Assembly: GCA_023228885.1 (NCBI GenBank)
Contig: JALOAJ010000009.1
Location: 182 to 64,181 of the forward strand
Length of the DNA stretch: 64,000 nt
From: Bacillota bacterium
Lineage (GTDB): Bacteria > Bacillota > Clostridia > Monoglobales > Firm-18
Direction of reading: 5' to 3'
Shown: positions 1 to 9,367 of the stretch, in pieces
Layout: every line of letters begins with the position of its first letter
Numbering within the stretch: position 1 is the stretch's first letter
The notes under the pieces: generated by a model
The model's input: only the letters and a program-made list of their open reading frames with translations
Told to the model about the DNA's origin: nothing
Database searches by the model: none
Program-made: the position numbers and the translations under genes

Positions 1-2
1 TT

Positions 3-1955
3 GAAACGGAGTTTTTGACAAACAACGCCAACACGCGTAAAGAACTTTTTAGGTATGGCGGCGGGTCTCATCAGTGTTTTTTAATTGTTCGCCAAGTTAG
101 CGGGCAAAACTTTTTGGTTTATCCGAATACAAACCCGAACATAGCTATGAGCGCTTCCTCATACATATCCAATGAACCGTTGCCAATGAACGAAATGTTC
201 AGATTTACCTTTGTGGTGGATGGAAGCACAAGAAAGTATGATTTTTATTTGAACGGCGAGAAAGTTGACCTCCCTGCCAACAATAACATTGACGGTGAGT
301 TAGGGTTTGCGCCGCTCCCCGATACCATCGCTTCCAACGCTCCTTTGCGCATGTACACACAGACAAGCGATGTAACCCATTCAACGATTTTTGACAATAT
401 ACTTGCTTATAAAGTCAACAGCTTTAAAGTTTTAAAGACAAATGTGGATAACTTCAAGCCGATGCATAAAAAAATAAATGTGCAGCTTACCGATGTTGTT
501 GATAAAAACAATCAGGGAACGGTTGAGGTATACAAGAAAAATGGCGCACTGGTGGCGGCTGTATCTAAATATGAGGCCAATGTCATTTCTTTGGAACTTC
601 AAGCTGACCTTGAAGCAGACACCGATTATGAGGTTAGAATATCTGATATGAAAGACCTAAAGGGAAATATACTAAACACTGTAATTCCTTTTAAAACCGA
701 AAATACACTATCGTATTTAAAGGACAACTTTGAAAATTATAATGATGCTAACCATTACAGAATGGTGCAGCAAAATGATAGGTTCAGCATTAGTGTTGCA
801 GATGTTCCCGATGAAAACAACAGAGCGTTAAAGCTTGATGCAACAGCGCCGGGGAATCAATATACAGTTTCCTTTGAACGGTATATCCCACAGGAGCCGT
901 TGGTTTTTGAAAGCGGCAGAAAATACATTTTTTCTGCAAGAATTAAAGCCGAAAGGAATGCCAACCGAAGAAAAATGTTTGTTTACGGAACGGGCGACAA
1001 CGATTACCTTTTTGCCGTCAGGGATGTCGGCGGTATGTTGGCTGTTTGTGAGGACATAAACGAAACTTCTTCGCAAATCGGCAATTGGAGCTGGACCGCA
1101 AACCACGGTTGGATGGATGTTATGGCTGTGGTTGACGGAGAAACAAAGACATACAATGTGTTTGCCAACGAAAGGAAAATAAATGATACGCCGCTTAACA
1201 TGACCAATCCCCCCGAACAAATTGCAAAAATTGGGTTTGTGTACAACAACCGCCACACAGCTGACGATACAGTTGATTATTATGACGATATCAATATATA
1301 CACCGTTTCGAGATTGAGCCGCACATACGCATCTGTTGAAGATTATGATGTTGTTAGCGCTTATGAACAGCAAATCCGTTTAAGCTATAACTTGCTGCTT
1401 GATGCTTCTGCTGCCGACACGGTTGAAATTGTTGACAGTATGGGAAACACAGTTGAATGTGAGGCGATTCTTGACAGCGCGGACAATAGAAATCTTATTA
1501 TAAATATCATTGGAAACCTAAAAGCAAGTACGGACTATACAATTAAGCTGGACGGTTTAAAAGACTCCATATTAGAAGAGAATGCTGAGGACATTATGTT
1601 TTCAACGGATAATGTGTTGAATATTACCGCTCCAATCGTTACAGACGAGAGTGGGGATATAATAACAACTTTGTCGGAAACCGGTGAAGTTACAGCAACC
1701 GTATATGTCAACAAAGCGGGTTACGCAGGCGACAGCACAGACTTCACTTTGGTAATTGCATATTACAAGGGGACAAAGTTATATTCTATCGATGTGCAAA
1801 CATTAGCATGGGGTGATATTACCGGTGAGGATACACAAGTGTCTGCAACGATAGATGTTGATGATGCATCAATAGGGAATTATGTTAAAATATTTACTTT
1901 TAACAATTTAAATGATATTAATCCGTTCCGCATGAGCAGGGATGTTAAACACTGA
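3..1955 (+). CDS. Secreted multidomain surface protein, 5' end cut by the window edge. Two LamG/CBM-like jelly-roll modules alternate with two SbsA-type Ig-like modules, and a C-terminal beta-sandwich module is shared with other proteins here.
   Basis: The frame is open from nt 3, with no stop before the TTG at 15, so the N-terminus probably lies upstream. An internal duplication is readable: RKELFRYGGGSHQCFLIVRQVSG / RRKMFVYGTGDNDYLFAVRDVGG; FRFTFVVDGSTRKYDFYLNGEKV / WMDVMAVVDGETKTYNVFANERKI; IFDNILAYKV / YYDDINIYTV. The Ig-like segments end in TDYEVRISDMKDLKGN and TDYTIKLDGLKDS. The C-terminal module reads FTLVIAYYKGTKLYSI...YVKIFTFNNLNDINPF. Confidence 0.7.
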   Translation, partial: ETEFLTNNANTRKELFRYGGGSHQCFLIVRQVSGQNFLVYPNTNPNIAMSASSYISNEPLPMNEMFRFTFVVDGSTRKYDFYLNGEKVDLPANNNIDGELGFAPLPDTIASNAPLRMYTQTSDVTHSTIFDNILAYKVNSFKVLKTNVDNFKPMHKKINVQLTDVVDKNNQGTVEVYKKNGALVAAVSKYEANVISLELQADLEADTDYEVRISDMKDLKGNILNTVIPFKTENTLSYLKDNFENYNDANHYRMVQQNDRFSISVADVPDENNRALKLDATAPGNQYTVSFERYIPQEPLVFESGRKYIFSARIKAERNANRRKMFVYGTGDNDYLFAVRDVGGMLAVCEDINETSSQIGNWSWTANHGWMDVMAVVDGETKTYNVFANERKINDTPLNMTNPPEQIAKIGFVYNNRHTADDTVDYYDDINIYTVSRLSRTYASVEDYDVVSAYEQQIRLSYNLLLDASAADTVEIVDSMGNTVECEAILDSADNRNLIINIIGNLKASTDYTIKLDGLKDSILEENAEDIMFSTDNVLNITAPIVTDESGDIITTLSETGEVTATVYVNKAGYAGDSTDFTLVIAYYKGTKLYSIDVQTLAWGDITGEDTQVSATIDVDDASIGNYVKIFTFNNLNDINPFRMSRDVKH

Positions 1956-1973
1956 ATAGCTGGGGGTGGGGAA

Positions 1974-4900
1974 ATGAAAAAAGGCATAGCGGCAATATTA
2001 TTATGCATGCAGATTATTTATAGCGGAAGTGTGTACGCTATACCTAAAAATGTGCGTCAAGCAGGGATTGTGGACATTCTTGACGATTTAACCAAGACTT
2101 ATTCCACCGGCAATGTTGTGTGTTCAAATGGCGCAAAGGCATCCGAAACTCCGGCTTACATTATATATAGGACATACAGCGATATAACTGAGTTTTATAT
2201 TTCAATATCCGAAGGTGAAGAAAGCTCAGCGTTTAAGGTGTACACATCTAACGACAATGTAAGCTATACCCATGTTTCTGCGGTAAGAACTTCGGGGGAA
2301 GTGGAATATAACAATACCAAGCAAACCGTTTATGAGTTTGCAGATTTAAATGCGGGGCAAAAATATGTGAAAATTGAGTTTTTAGATGAGCAGGTTACTT
2401 TGAACAGCGCTTTTATTAATGTTGATTTTGGAGACCCCCAACTTATGAGTCTGTTTAAAAAGGCGAGCAGCGGTTCATCAGGGAACTCGTCCGCACAACG
2501 AGAGGTAACAGTAGAACAAATGTTACTATACAAAGACAGATTTATCCAAAGGAATCTAACCGGTACGCCAAATATATCGGCATATATTGACACAATTAAC
2601 GAGGATGGAACATGGTCTGATGTTAATTATAGCGGTGAATCCGGCGCGTTAACTTATACTCATGCGGAGCGTATTGAGGCGATGGCAAAGGTTGTTTCCA
2701 ACAAAAGCAGCCCTTTGTATAACGATGAAGGCTTGTTGGAGAAACTTGCAAATGTGTTGGATTACTGGGTCAACACCAATATTATTTTTACCGCTTGGTA
2801 TGATAATGAGATACGAGTGCCCAGACATATCGGTAATACGCTTTTGGTAGCAGGGAAAATGCTCCCTCCCGCAACGGAACAAAGGGCAATTGAATATCTT
2901 TTAGAGAAGATTTCTGTGCGTGAACCTTTTGATAAAAGAACAGGAGCAAACCTGATTGCTACTCAAACGAACAGAATTCGTTACGCCCTATGCACGAACG
3001 ATGTGGAAAGAATAAAGTCGGCTTTTGACAGGATTGCGGAAGAAATTACAGTTGTCAATAAATTGGACGATGAAACTAACGCATGGCGAAACAGACTGTT
3101 TGACGGCTATGTGAACCTTCCCCATCTGCCGGACACAAGGGAAGGCATACAAGTTGATTACAGTTCGCTTTTCCATGGTCCGCTGATTTATTCCGGCTCA
3201 TATGGGCTAAGCTATGTTACCGAAATCTCCAGAATTTTAGCGGATACTCAGCAAACCAACCTGTTCTCTCGTGACGGAATTGAGGATTTAGTAGACCATA
3301 TCCTTGAGCATTATCGTTGGATTACCAGAGGTTCAACCATGGACTATTCCGTTATAGGCAGAAGTATAGCCAGAAAGTCGTCAGCTGTTTCATCCGGCAA
3401 TGCATCGGGCTTGCTTCAGGCAGTTCGCATTCTAAGCCAAATACCGGATATGTATAAGGGAGATGAGCTTGCCGACTACTATCGTGCGAGTATGAACAAA
3501 AAGTCCGGTCAAAACAGCGCCTTAGTAGAACACACCATATATTCGGCAGTTGCAAGTGATGAGCCGGAAGCTGAAAATATCGCAATCAACACTATTGACA
3601 AATCATTAGATACCAGATGGTCTTCTAATAATTCGGGAGACACCATAGCCTTTGATTTGAACAAAGTTGAATCGGTGGGAGCGGTCGGCATTGCATTCTT
3701 TTCAGGGAATATAAGAAAGACAAATTTTGCTTTAGAGCTCTCTGAGGACAATGTAGCATGGGAGCGCGTTTTCGAAGGGCAAAGTAGCGGGGCTACAAGC
3801 AACTTGGAATACTATGCGCTTGACGATGCCAGAAAGGTTCGATATGTGCGGTTGGTATGTGATGGCAATACTATTAACGAGTGGAACAGTATTGCTGAGG
3901 TTGCAGTGTTTGACGCCATAGATGTAGAAAAAAGCGCTGAAGAAGGAATTGCTTTTGAGCTGATTAGCGAGGCGGACGATATAAAAGTATATGTTGCCAC
4001 AGTTGCATCGGTTGTGCTTGAGAACGCAATTACAGGCAATCGATTCTTTTGGAAAGCTGATTACACCACTCATCAACAGCCTAATTATTTGGCAACAATA
4101 AGAACCTCTTCCAACAGAACAATCGCGAGCGAGGCGGTAAATACTGAAAACCTGAAGGGCGATTATCTTGCAGACGGGTGCACTTATATTTACAGGGACG
4201 GAACCGAGTATGACGACATCTTCGGCGCGTGGGATTGGCATAAAATCCCCGGAACCACTACTCAATTACAACCGTTTGAGCCTATAACCATACAGCACAA
4301 GGCAATACGCGGTTCAAACAGCGATTATTCCGGCGGTGTAACAGATGGAAAATTTGGTGCAACCGCAATGGAGCTTGTGCGCGACGGTTTATCCGCAAAA
4401 AAGGCTTGGTTTATGTTTGAAGATGAGTTTGTGGCGTTGGGCACCGATATTAGAACTAATTCAGGATATAAATATATCACCACAGCAAACCAAAGCCTGT
4501 TAAAAGGAGATGTCACGGTAGGAAACGGGAGTGGCACTCGTGTTTTGCCGATGGGGGCTCACAGCAACCAACAGGCAAACTGGGTACACCATGACAATAT
4601 CGGATATGTATTTTTTGATACGGAAAACATAAGCATCGGAAATCAGTCTGTAACAGCGGACAGGGTAGACATCAGTTGGGGCGGCGTATATTCAAGACCC
4701 AATAAGTCAGACATGATTACAAGGGACATTTTTTCACTTTGGTTTGACCATACGCCTTCAACCGCAAAGAAAAGTTACGAGTATATTGTGGTTCCCGAAA
4801 TTAAAAGTATAGAGCTTGCCGCCTATGCCGCAAACAAGCCGGTAAGGGTGATTAGCAACACGCCGCAATTGCAAGCAGTTGAGCATACTGGGCTTGAAGT

Positions 4901-5183
4901 GGCACAAGGCGTATTTTGGGGTCCGGGGAATATGACAGTTTTGGATAATTTGCGCATATCGGTTGACAAATCTGTTATTCTTCAGGCGGAGCAAAAGGAA
5001 AACAAGCTAACACTCGCTGTGGCAAGCTCTGCCGCAAAAAGCGAGCCGGTTCAGATTACTGTAAACAAAAGCCTAACAGGCAGCGGCGCAACAGCAAGCG
5101 GAGATGGAAGCAGCATAATAAATATACAGCTGCCTCGCGGAGAATATGCAGGGAAAAGCATAGTTTTGGAATTTGAGCTGTAA
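1974..5183 (+). CDS. Secreted polysaccharide lyase family 8 (PL8) enzyme with an extra N-terminal beta-domain and an inserted discoidin (F5/8 type C-like) domain
   Basis: Signal peptide MKKGIAAILLCMQIIYSGSVYA. PL8 alpha-toroid motifs: TAWYDNEIRVPRHIGNTLL, GANLIATQTNRI and QVDYSSLFHGPLIYSGSYG (catalytic His/Tyr region). Beta-sandwich motif WDWHKIPGTTT. Between them lies TRWSSNNSGDTIAFDL...VRYVRLVCDGNTINEWNSIAEVAVFD (about nt 3565-3925), which reads as a discoidin domain. Confidence 0.85.
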   Translation: MKKGIAAILLCMQIIYSGSVYAIPKNVRQAGIVDILDDLTKTYSTGNVVCSNGAKASETPAYIIYRTYSDITEFYISISEGEESSAFKVYTSNDNVSYTHVSAVRTSGEVEYNNTKQTVYEFADLNAGQKYVKIEFLDEQVTLNSAFINVDFGDPQLMSLFKKASSGSSGNSSAQREVTVEQMLLYKDRFIQRNLTGTPNISAYIDTINEDGTWSDVNYSGESGALTYTHAERIEAMAKVVSNKSSPLYNDEGLLEKLANVLDYWVNTNIIFTAWYDNEIRVPRHIGNTLLVAGKMLPPATEQRAIEYLLEKISVREPFDKRTGANLIATQTNRIRYALCTNDVERIKSAFDRIAEEITVVNKLDDETNAWRNRLFDGYVNLPHLPDTREGIQVDYSSLFHGPLIYSGSYGLSYVTEISRILADTQQTNLFSRDGIEDLVDHILEHYRWITRGSTMDYSVIGRSIARKSSAVSSGNASGLLQAVRILSQIPDMYKGDELADYYRASMNKKSGQNSALVEHTIYSAVASDEPEAENIAINTIDKSLDTRWSSNNSGDTIAFDLNKVESVGAVGIAFFSGNIRKTNFALELSEDNVAWERVFEGQSSGATSNLEYYALDDARKVRYVRLVCDGNTINEWNSIAEVAVFDAIDVEKSAEEGIAFELISEADDIKVYVATVASVVLENAITGNRFFWKADYTTHQQPNYLATIRTSSNRTIASEAVNTENLKGDYLADGCTYIYRDGTEYDDIFGAWDWHKIPGTTTQLQPFEPITIQHKAIRGSNSDYSGGVTDGKFGATAMELVRDGLSAKKAWFMFEDEFVALGTDIRTNSGYKYITTANQSLLKGDVTVGNGSGTRVLPMGAHSNQQANWVHHDNIGYVFFDTENISIGNQSVTADRVDISWGGVYSRPNKSDMITRDIFSLWFDHTPSTAKKSYEYIVVPEIKSIELAAYAANKPVRVISNTPQLQAVEHTGLEVAQGVFWGPGNMTVLDNLRISVDKSVILQAEQKENKLTLAVASSAAKSEPVQITVNKSLTGSGATASGDGSSIINIQLPRGEYAGKSIVLEFEL

Positions 5184-5196
5184 CCGTCATAAAAAA

Positions 5197-5239
5197 ACAA
5201 GTATCCCTGCCGAGGTAGCTCTGTGACAGGGATACTTGT
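5197..5239. terminator. Hairpin with a perfect 13-bp stem between the PL8 gene and the downstream genes
   Basis: ACAAGTATCCCTG (5197-5209) pairs with CAGGGATACTTGT (5227-5239) across a 17-nt loop. An A7 run precedes it and only ATTAT follows on the + strand. The U-tract is therefore weak in the sense direction and strong on the opposite strand. Confidence 0.4.
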
Positions 5240-5310
5240 ATTATGAAAAAATCTTTTAGAGTGCATCGGCGTTTGCGGCAACAGGTAAATTTAATATTAA
5301 ATTCTTTGGA

Positions 5311-6090
5311 GTGAAAAATATGTATGACATACTTGTTATAGGGACTACATTTTACGGTCTGGGGGTTGCTCAGCAAAATGCCAAAAACACGCTTGTTATA
5401 GACCGCGGAACAAAGCTTGGTTATGAATTTATAAATACTTTCAACCCCGGAGACGGGTGCGAAAAGGAAAAGGGGCTTTCTGCTGTTGCTGCGATGTTTC
5501 TAAAAAAAATGAAAAACAAAAGAATTTTTCACGAAAATGGGCTGTACCATCTTCCTGCACTTGAGCCAATGCTTTGCGCATGGGCAGACCATTTTGGAAT
5601 TACACCTTATTTTATGACGGATATTGTAAGCATTACCCCAAAAGGGGATGGGTTTGCAGTTGTTTTGAATACTGTTTCGGGGCTCAAAACAGTAATGGCA
5701 GCAAAAATTTTAGATACAACGGGGAACAACTTAAAAATAAAGTCTAAAGCAATAAACTCACTTTTGATGATTCCAAAGAATTTTTCTATTTCTTTGGAAC
5801 CTTGGATAAATGGCTGTCGTTTTATTTATGGCGCCCTAAGCCGTCAAGTGGCGTTGAGCCTGACTATATCACCTGATGACGATTGGGTTGCGGCAAGACG
5901 CAAGCTGCATGTTTTTTGGGACTCCAGACCAAAAAAATATGCTCCTGTAACACTTGCAATGGTTGCCGATTTTTTTGATATAGAAACCTTCTTTCCGAAA
6001 AAAAGCAATGGCAATTATATTCAAATTGCATCAAAGTCCTTTGGAAACCCGCTTGCTGCATTGGATGCCGGGATAAAATGGAGTTTTTAA
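5311..6090 (+). CDS. Hypothetical cytoplasmic protein with a degenerate FAD/Rossmann-like N-terminus
   Basis: DILVIGTTFYGLGVA...LVIDRG and the later ILDTTGN resemble the fold of the next gene, but the GxGxxG motif is degenerate (GTTFYG). There is no signal peptide. Confidence 0.5.
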   Translation: MKNMYDILVIGTTFYGLGVAQQNAKNTLVIDRGTKLGYEFINTFNPGDGCEKEKGLSAVAAMFLKKMKNKRIFHENGLYHLPALEPMLCAWADHFGITPYFMTDIVSITPKGDGFAVVLNTVSGLKTVMAAKILDTTGNNLKIKSKAINSLLMIPKNFSISLEPWINGCRFIYGALSRQVALSLTISPDDDWVAARRKLHVFWDSRPKKYAPVTLAMVADFFDIETFFPKKSNGNYIQIASKSFGNPLAALDAGIKWSF

Positions 6091-6150
6091 GGATGATACC
6101 AAATTGCTATTGAAACTCTTATCAAATTCAAGTAGTTGGAGGGATGGAAA

Positions 6151-8007
6151 GTGATTCTATCACAAATATATGACAATTGCATCAGTAAATCCTGCATCGG
6201 TAATATTTTGTTTTCTGAAAGCTATGATGTGGTTGTTGCCGGGCTTGGCACAGCCGGCTCAATTGCAGCAATTACAGCAGCAAAAAACAATCTCAAAACG
6301 CTTGGTGTGGAACGGTTTAACTGCATGGGAGGCACAATTACAGCAGGCGGGGTGAGCGGGTACTATTTTGGTGGCAGAGGGGGACTGTATGAGGAGATTG
6401 ACCGAATATCCGACAGCTATCAAGGTAGCGTCTACACCAACATAAGAAATAAAAACATCGATGCAAAAAAGTATGCTTTAGAACAAGAGGCGCTTCGTGA
6501 AGGTGTTGATATAAGGCTTGAATCGGTGATAATTGGCGTTTATTTAAAAGCTAATAAGGTGCAAGGCATAAAACTTTTGTCCAATGGCAAGGTTTGCAAC
6601 ATTTCATGCAGAATAATAATTGACTGTACGGGTGATGCAGAGATTTGCAAAATGGCAGGCGCCGCTCTTAGGAGAGGAAGAGATGGGGATGCCAAGGTAA
6701 TGCCGTTCACCAGTGTAAAAAACTTTGTAGATGCAGATACCATCGAACGCACAAATTTTGACATGGGGCGTGTGGAGCAGTCTGATGTTGAAGCATTGTC
6801 ATCAGCGATTGTTAAATCCGGAGCACATTATAATGAGGCGTACTATACCGATGGCAAACACAATCTTTTGGGCATTATGCCGCTTTTGGGGCTTAGGGAA
6901 GGTAATAGAATCGTAGGGAAAGCAACTCTCGGATTAAAAGATTATTTGCAGGGGAAGCAAACTGACAGACCCGTCTTCTATGGTTATGCTGATGTGGATA
7001 AGCATGGCATTGACAACGCCTTTGAAAGTGAAACTATGATAGATTGGTTTGTGGCTTGCAATCTGGGGGCCCTCAACATAAGCGTTCCTGTGCCGTTTGA
7101 AGTGATGATTCCCAAGGGGCTTGACGGTATTTTAGCCGCAGGGCGCTGCATGTCTTTCGACCATGATATGCTAAGCTGTGTGCGTATGGCAAGGGATATG
7201 CAAAAAAGCGGAGAAGTTGCGGCAACTGCGGCATATTTAGCAATCACCCGCAACATCGCACTTGAAGATGTTTCATATGAGCAACTGGCATCCATCCTAA
7301 GAAAAACAGGCTGTTTAAATGATGAAAATAACCGCGGAATTCGTTTTGACAGCCCGCGCAAGGGGTTTGAAATCGAAGATGTCTACTGGCTTAAAGGCGC
7401 AGATGAAGTGAAGGCCGGGCTTGACAGCGATTGCCCCGGGGTTGCGCTTTGGTCTTGTAAGCTTTTGGGAGAAGATATAAAACCACATCTCATTTCGTGG
7501 ATGTCGAGCAAAAGCGTTAAACTTCGCAAACATAGCGCTATGGCATTGGCTTTGACAGACAGCGTTGAAGGGTTGCCCATATTGCGAGATATGATAGTTG
7601 AGCGTGACTTAACTATGCTTCAAGATTGCCGTAAGAACAACCAAATGAGGGGCTATATAGCAATTTATCTTGTAGGCAAACTTTGCGACAAGGATATTGC
7701 AGATGAGTTGATTGATATCATTACCAACCCAAATGAACAAAATCGTGATATCTATAAAACAGAAAAGGGTTTTAAAAATATCCTCTATCAGTACCTTTCT
7801 TTTGCAACCACCTCGCTGGTTCGAATTGCCAACTCAAACAAAAGTCTTCGCCCAAAAATTGTAGCTGCGCTGAAGAATGCCTTCGATGATGAAATGTATA
7901 TAGAGCGTTTATATACAGGCAGCCGATGGGGTTGCGATTATTTAGTAAGCGCTGACTTAAAAACATATGCCTTAAACGAAGTCAAAAAATTACAAAGGGG
8001 AAAATAA
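6151..8007 (+). CDS. FAD-dependent oxidoreductase (FAD_oxidored/PF12831 type) with a C-terminal HEAT-like repeat region
   Basis: YDVVVAGLGTAGSIAAITAAKNNLKTLGVERFNCMGGTITAGGV and IIIDCTGDAEICKMAGA are typical of this family. The C-terminal ~170 aa read as HEAT/PBS-lyase-like repeats (KLRKHSAMALALTDSVEGLPILRDMI...). The start is set to GTG 6151, 8 nt after GGAGG (6138-6142). TTG 6136 is the longest-ORF alternative. Confidence 0.8.
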   Translation: MILSQIYDNCISKSCIGNILFSESYDVVVAGLGTAGSIAAITAAKNNLKTLGVERFNCMGGTITAGGVSGYYFGGRGGLYEEIDRISDSYQGSVYTNIRNKNIDAKKYALEQEALREGVDIRLESVIIGVYLKANKVQGIKLLSNGKVCNISCRIIIDCTGDAEICKMAGAALRRGRDGDAKVMPFTSVKNFVDADTIERTNFDMGRVEQSDVEALSSAIVKSGAHYNEAYYTDGKHNLLGIMPLLGLREGNRIVGKATLGLKDYLQGKQTDRPVFYGYADVDKHGIDNAFESETMIDWFVACNLGALNISVPVPFEVMIPKGLDGILAAGRCMSFDHDMLSCVRMARDMQKSGEVAATAAYLAITRNIALEDVSYEQLASILRKTGCLNDENNRGIRFDSPRKGFEIEDVYWLKGADEVKAGLDSDCPGVALWSCKLLGEDIKPHLISWMSSKSVKLRKHSAMALALTDSVEGLPILRDMIVERDLTMLQDCRKNNQMRGYIAIYLVGKLCDKDIADELIDIITNPNEQNRDIYKTEKGFKNILYQYLSFATTSLVRIANSNKSLRPKIVAALKNAFDDEMYIERLYTGSRWGCDYLVSADLKTYALNEVKKLQRGK

Positions 8008-8008
8008 C

Positions 8009-9274
8009 ATGAAAATAAGCGATAAGTTTCCAAAATATACGCAATTCAATCCGAAAATACCTGTTTATTGTGTTACCCCAAATGAAGGGGGGCTTCACCG
8101 TTTTTTCGATACATCCCCTTTTAGCCCTTCCGGACGCTACATAGCTGTTTTAAGGTTCCCGCAGGAAAAGCGTCAGCCCACATGGGGCGAGTCGGCTAAG
8201 GTGGTTCTCATTGACCTGCACAGCGGGATGGAAAAGGTTGTGTACGAAACTATGGGCTGGGAGCCCCAGCTTGGAGCAAACATCAATTGGGGCATATCAG
8301 ATAACGAACTGTATTTTAACGACACGGATACAAATACATGGATGCCTTTTTGCGTAAAGCTTAACCCGCTAACTGGGGAAAAGCAAAGATTGGAAGGAAC
8401 GATATACCATATTTCTCCTGATGGCAAGCATATTATATCATCTTGCATGAGGCGTATGCGCCGTACACAGTTTGGTTACGGCGTGATGGTTCCCGATGAG
8501 TATGTTCCGAGAAATTTCGGGTTCAAAAAGGACGACGGACTTTATATAACCGACACACATACAGGCAAATGCCGCCTGATGGTGTCAATTAAAGATGTGT
8601 TTGACAAAGCGGAGCCTTTAATTGACAAGAGCAAGTATGAAGATGGTGAATGTTATGGGTTCCACTGCAAGTACAACCCGCAGGGGGATAAAATAATGTT
8701 TTCCATGAGGTGGTTTAAAACAAATGACCCTCAACCGTGGAATATGCTTTATCAAAGAAATGTAAGGTATTGGATTATCACGATGAACTCCGACGGTAGC
8801 AATATTAAAGTTGCGGTTGGACCGGACGAATGGGATAAGCACGGGCATCACACAAATTGGTATCCCAACGGAAAGATGCTTTCAATGAATTTGTGCATTG
8901 ACGGCGATGGAAAGATGTATCTGGTAAAGGCTGACTATGATGGGGGAAACTATGGTAAAATTCTCAAAACCATTCCCGGTTCCGGGCATCCGACCATCCA
9001 CCCTAATGGGCGAAACATCCTTACGGATGCATATCGAGCTGAGCCTGTTTCTTTTGGAGATGGCACTGTTCCCCTTCGGTTCATTAATATACAAAATGAA
9101 ACGGAAGAAACGGTTGTACGCATTAATGTTGACAATGATGCAATGGAGAAGTACCCTTCCATGCGGGTAGACCCACATCCCGCCTGGGCTAAAAACTTTA
9201 GGTATGTGGCATTTAATGGTTTTGTAGATGGCAAAAGGCGTGTATATATTGCTGATTTTAGCAGCCTTTTATAA
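8009..9274 (+). CDS. Cytoplasmic TolB/PD40-like beta-propeller protein, possibly a PL22-like oligouronide lyase
   Basis: Repeating blade signatures: SPSGRYIAV, ISPDGKHIIS, MNSDGSNIKV, IHPNGRNILT. The C-terminus RVDPHPAWAKNFRYVAFNG..RRVYIADF resembles the end of oligogalacturonide lyases as recalled from memory. The start lies 1 nt after the upstream stop. Confidence 0.5.
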   Translation: MKISDKFPKYTQFNPKIPVYCVTPNEGGLHRFFDTSPFSPSGRYIAVLRFPQEKRQPTWGESAKVVLIDLHSGMEKVVYETMGWEPQLGANINWGISDNELYFNDTDTNTWMPFCVKLNPLTGEKQRLEGTIYHISPDGKHIISSCMRRMRRTQFGYGVMVPDEYVPRNFGFKKDDGLYITDTHTGKCRLMVSIKDVFDKAEPLIDKSKYEDGECYGFHCKYNPQGDKIMFSMRWFKTNDPQPWNMLYQRNVRYWIITMNSDGSNIKVAVGPDEWDKHGHHTNWYPNGKMLSMNLCIDGDGKMYLVKADYDGGNYGKILKTIPGSGHPTIHPNGRNILTDAYRAEPVSFGDGTVPLRFINIQNETEETVVRINVDNDAMEKYPSMRVDPHPAWAKNFRYVAFNGFVDGKRRVYIADFSSLL

Positions 9275-9367
9275 AGGCTTAATTAACTTTACTGTATTCA
9301 AAGCAGATTAAATTAATTGCAGTGTGTAAAAAAGCACGCTCTTATTTACGAAAGGGGAAACATTGGA

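Noticed and set aside
828-1373. 181-aa minus-strand ORF, and similar ORFs at 3732..4265 and 6984..7361
   Set aside because: These are shadow ORFs inside the jelly-roll protein, the PL8 lyase and the FAD-oxidoreductase genes. None has independent signals.
5197-5239. Hairpin read as a strong minus-strand terminator (a T7 run follows it on that strand)
   Set aside because: There is no minus-strand gene to its right that it could terminate. It is more likely a partial terminator, a processing site, or a remnant on the + strand.
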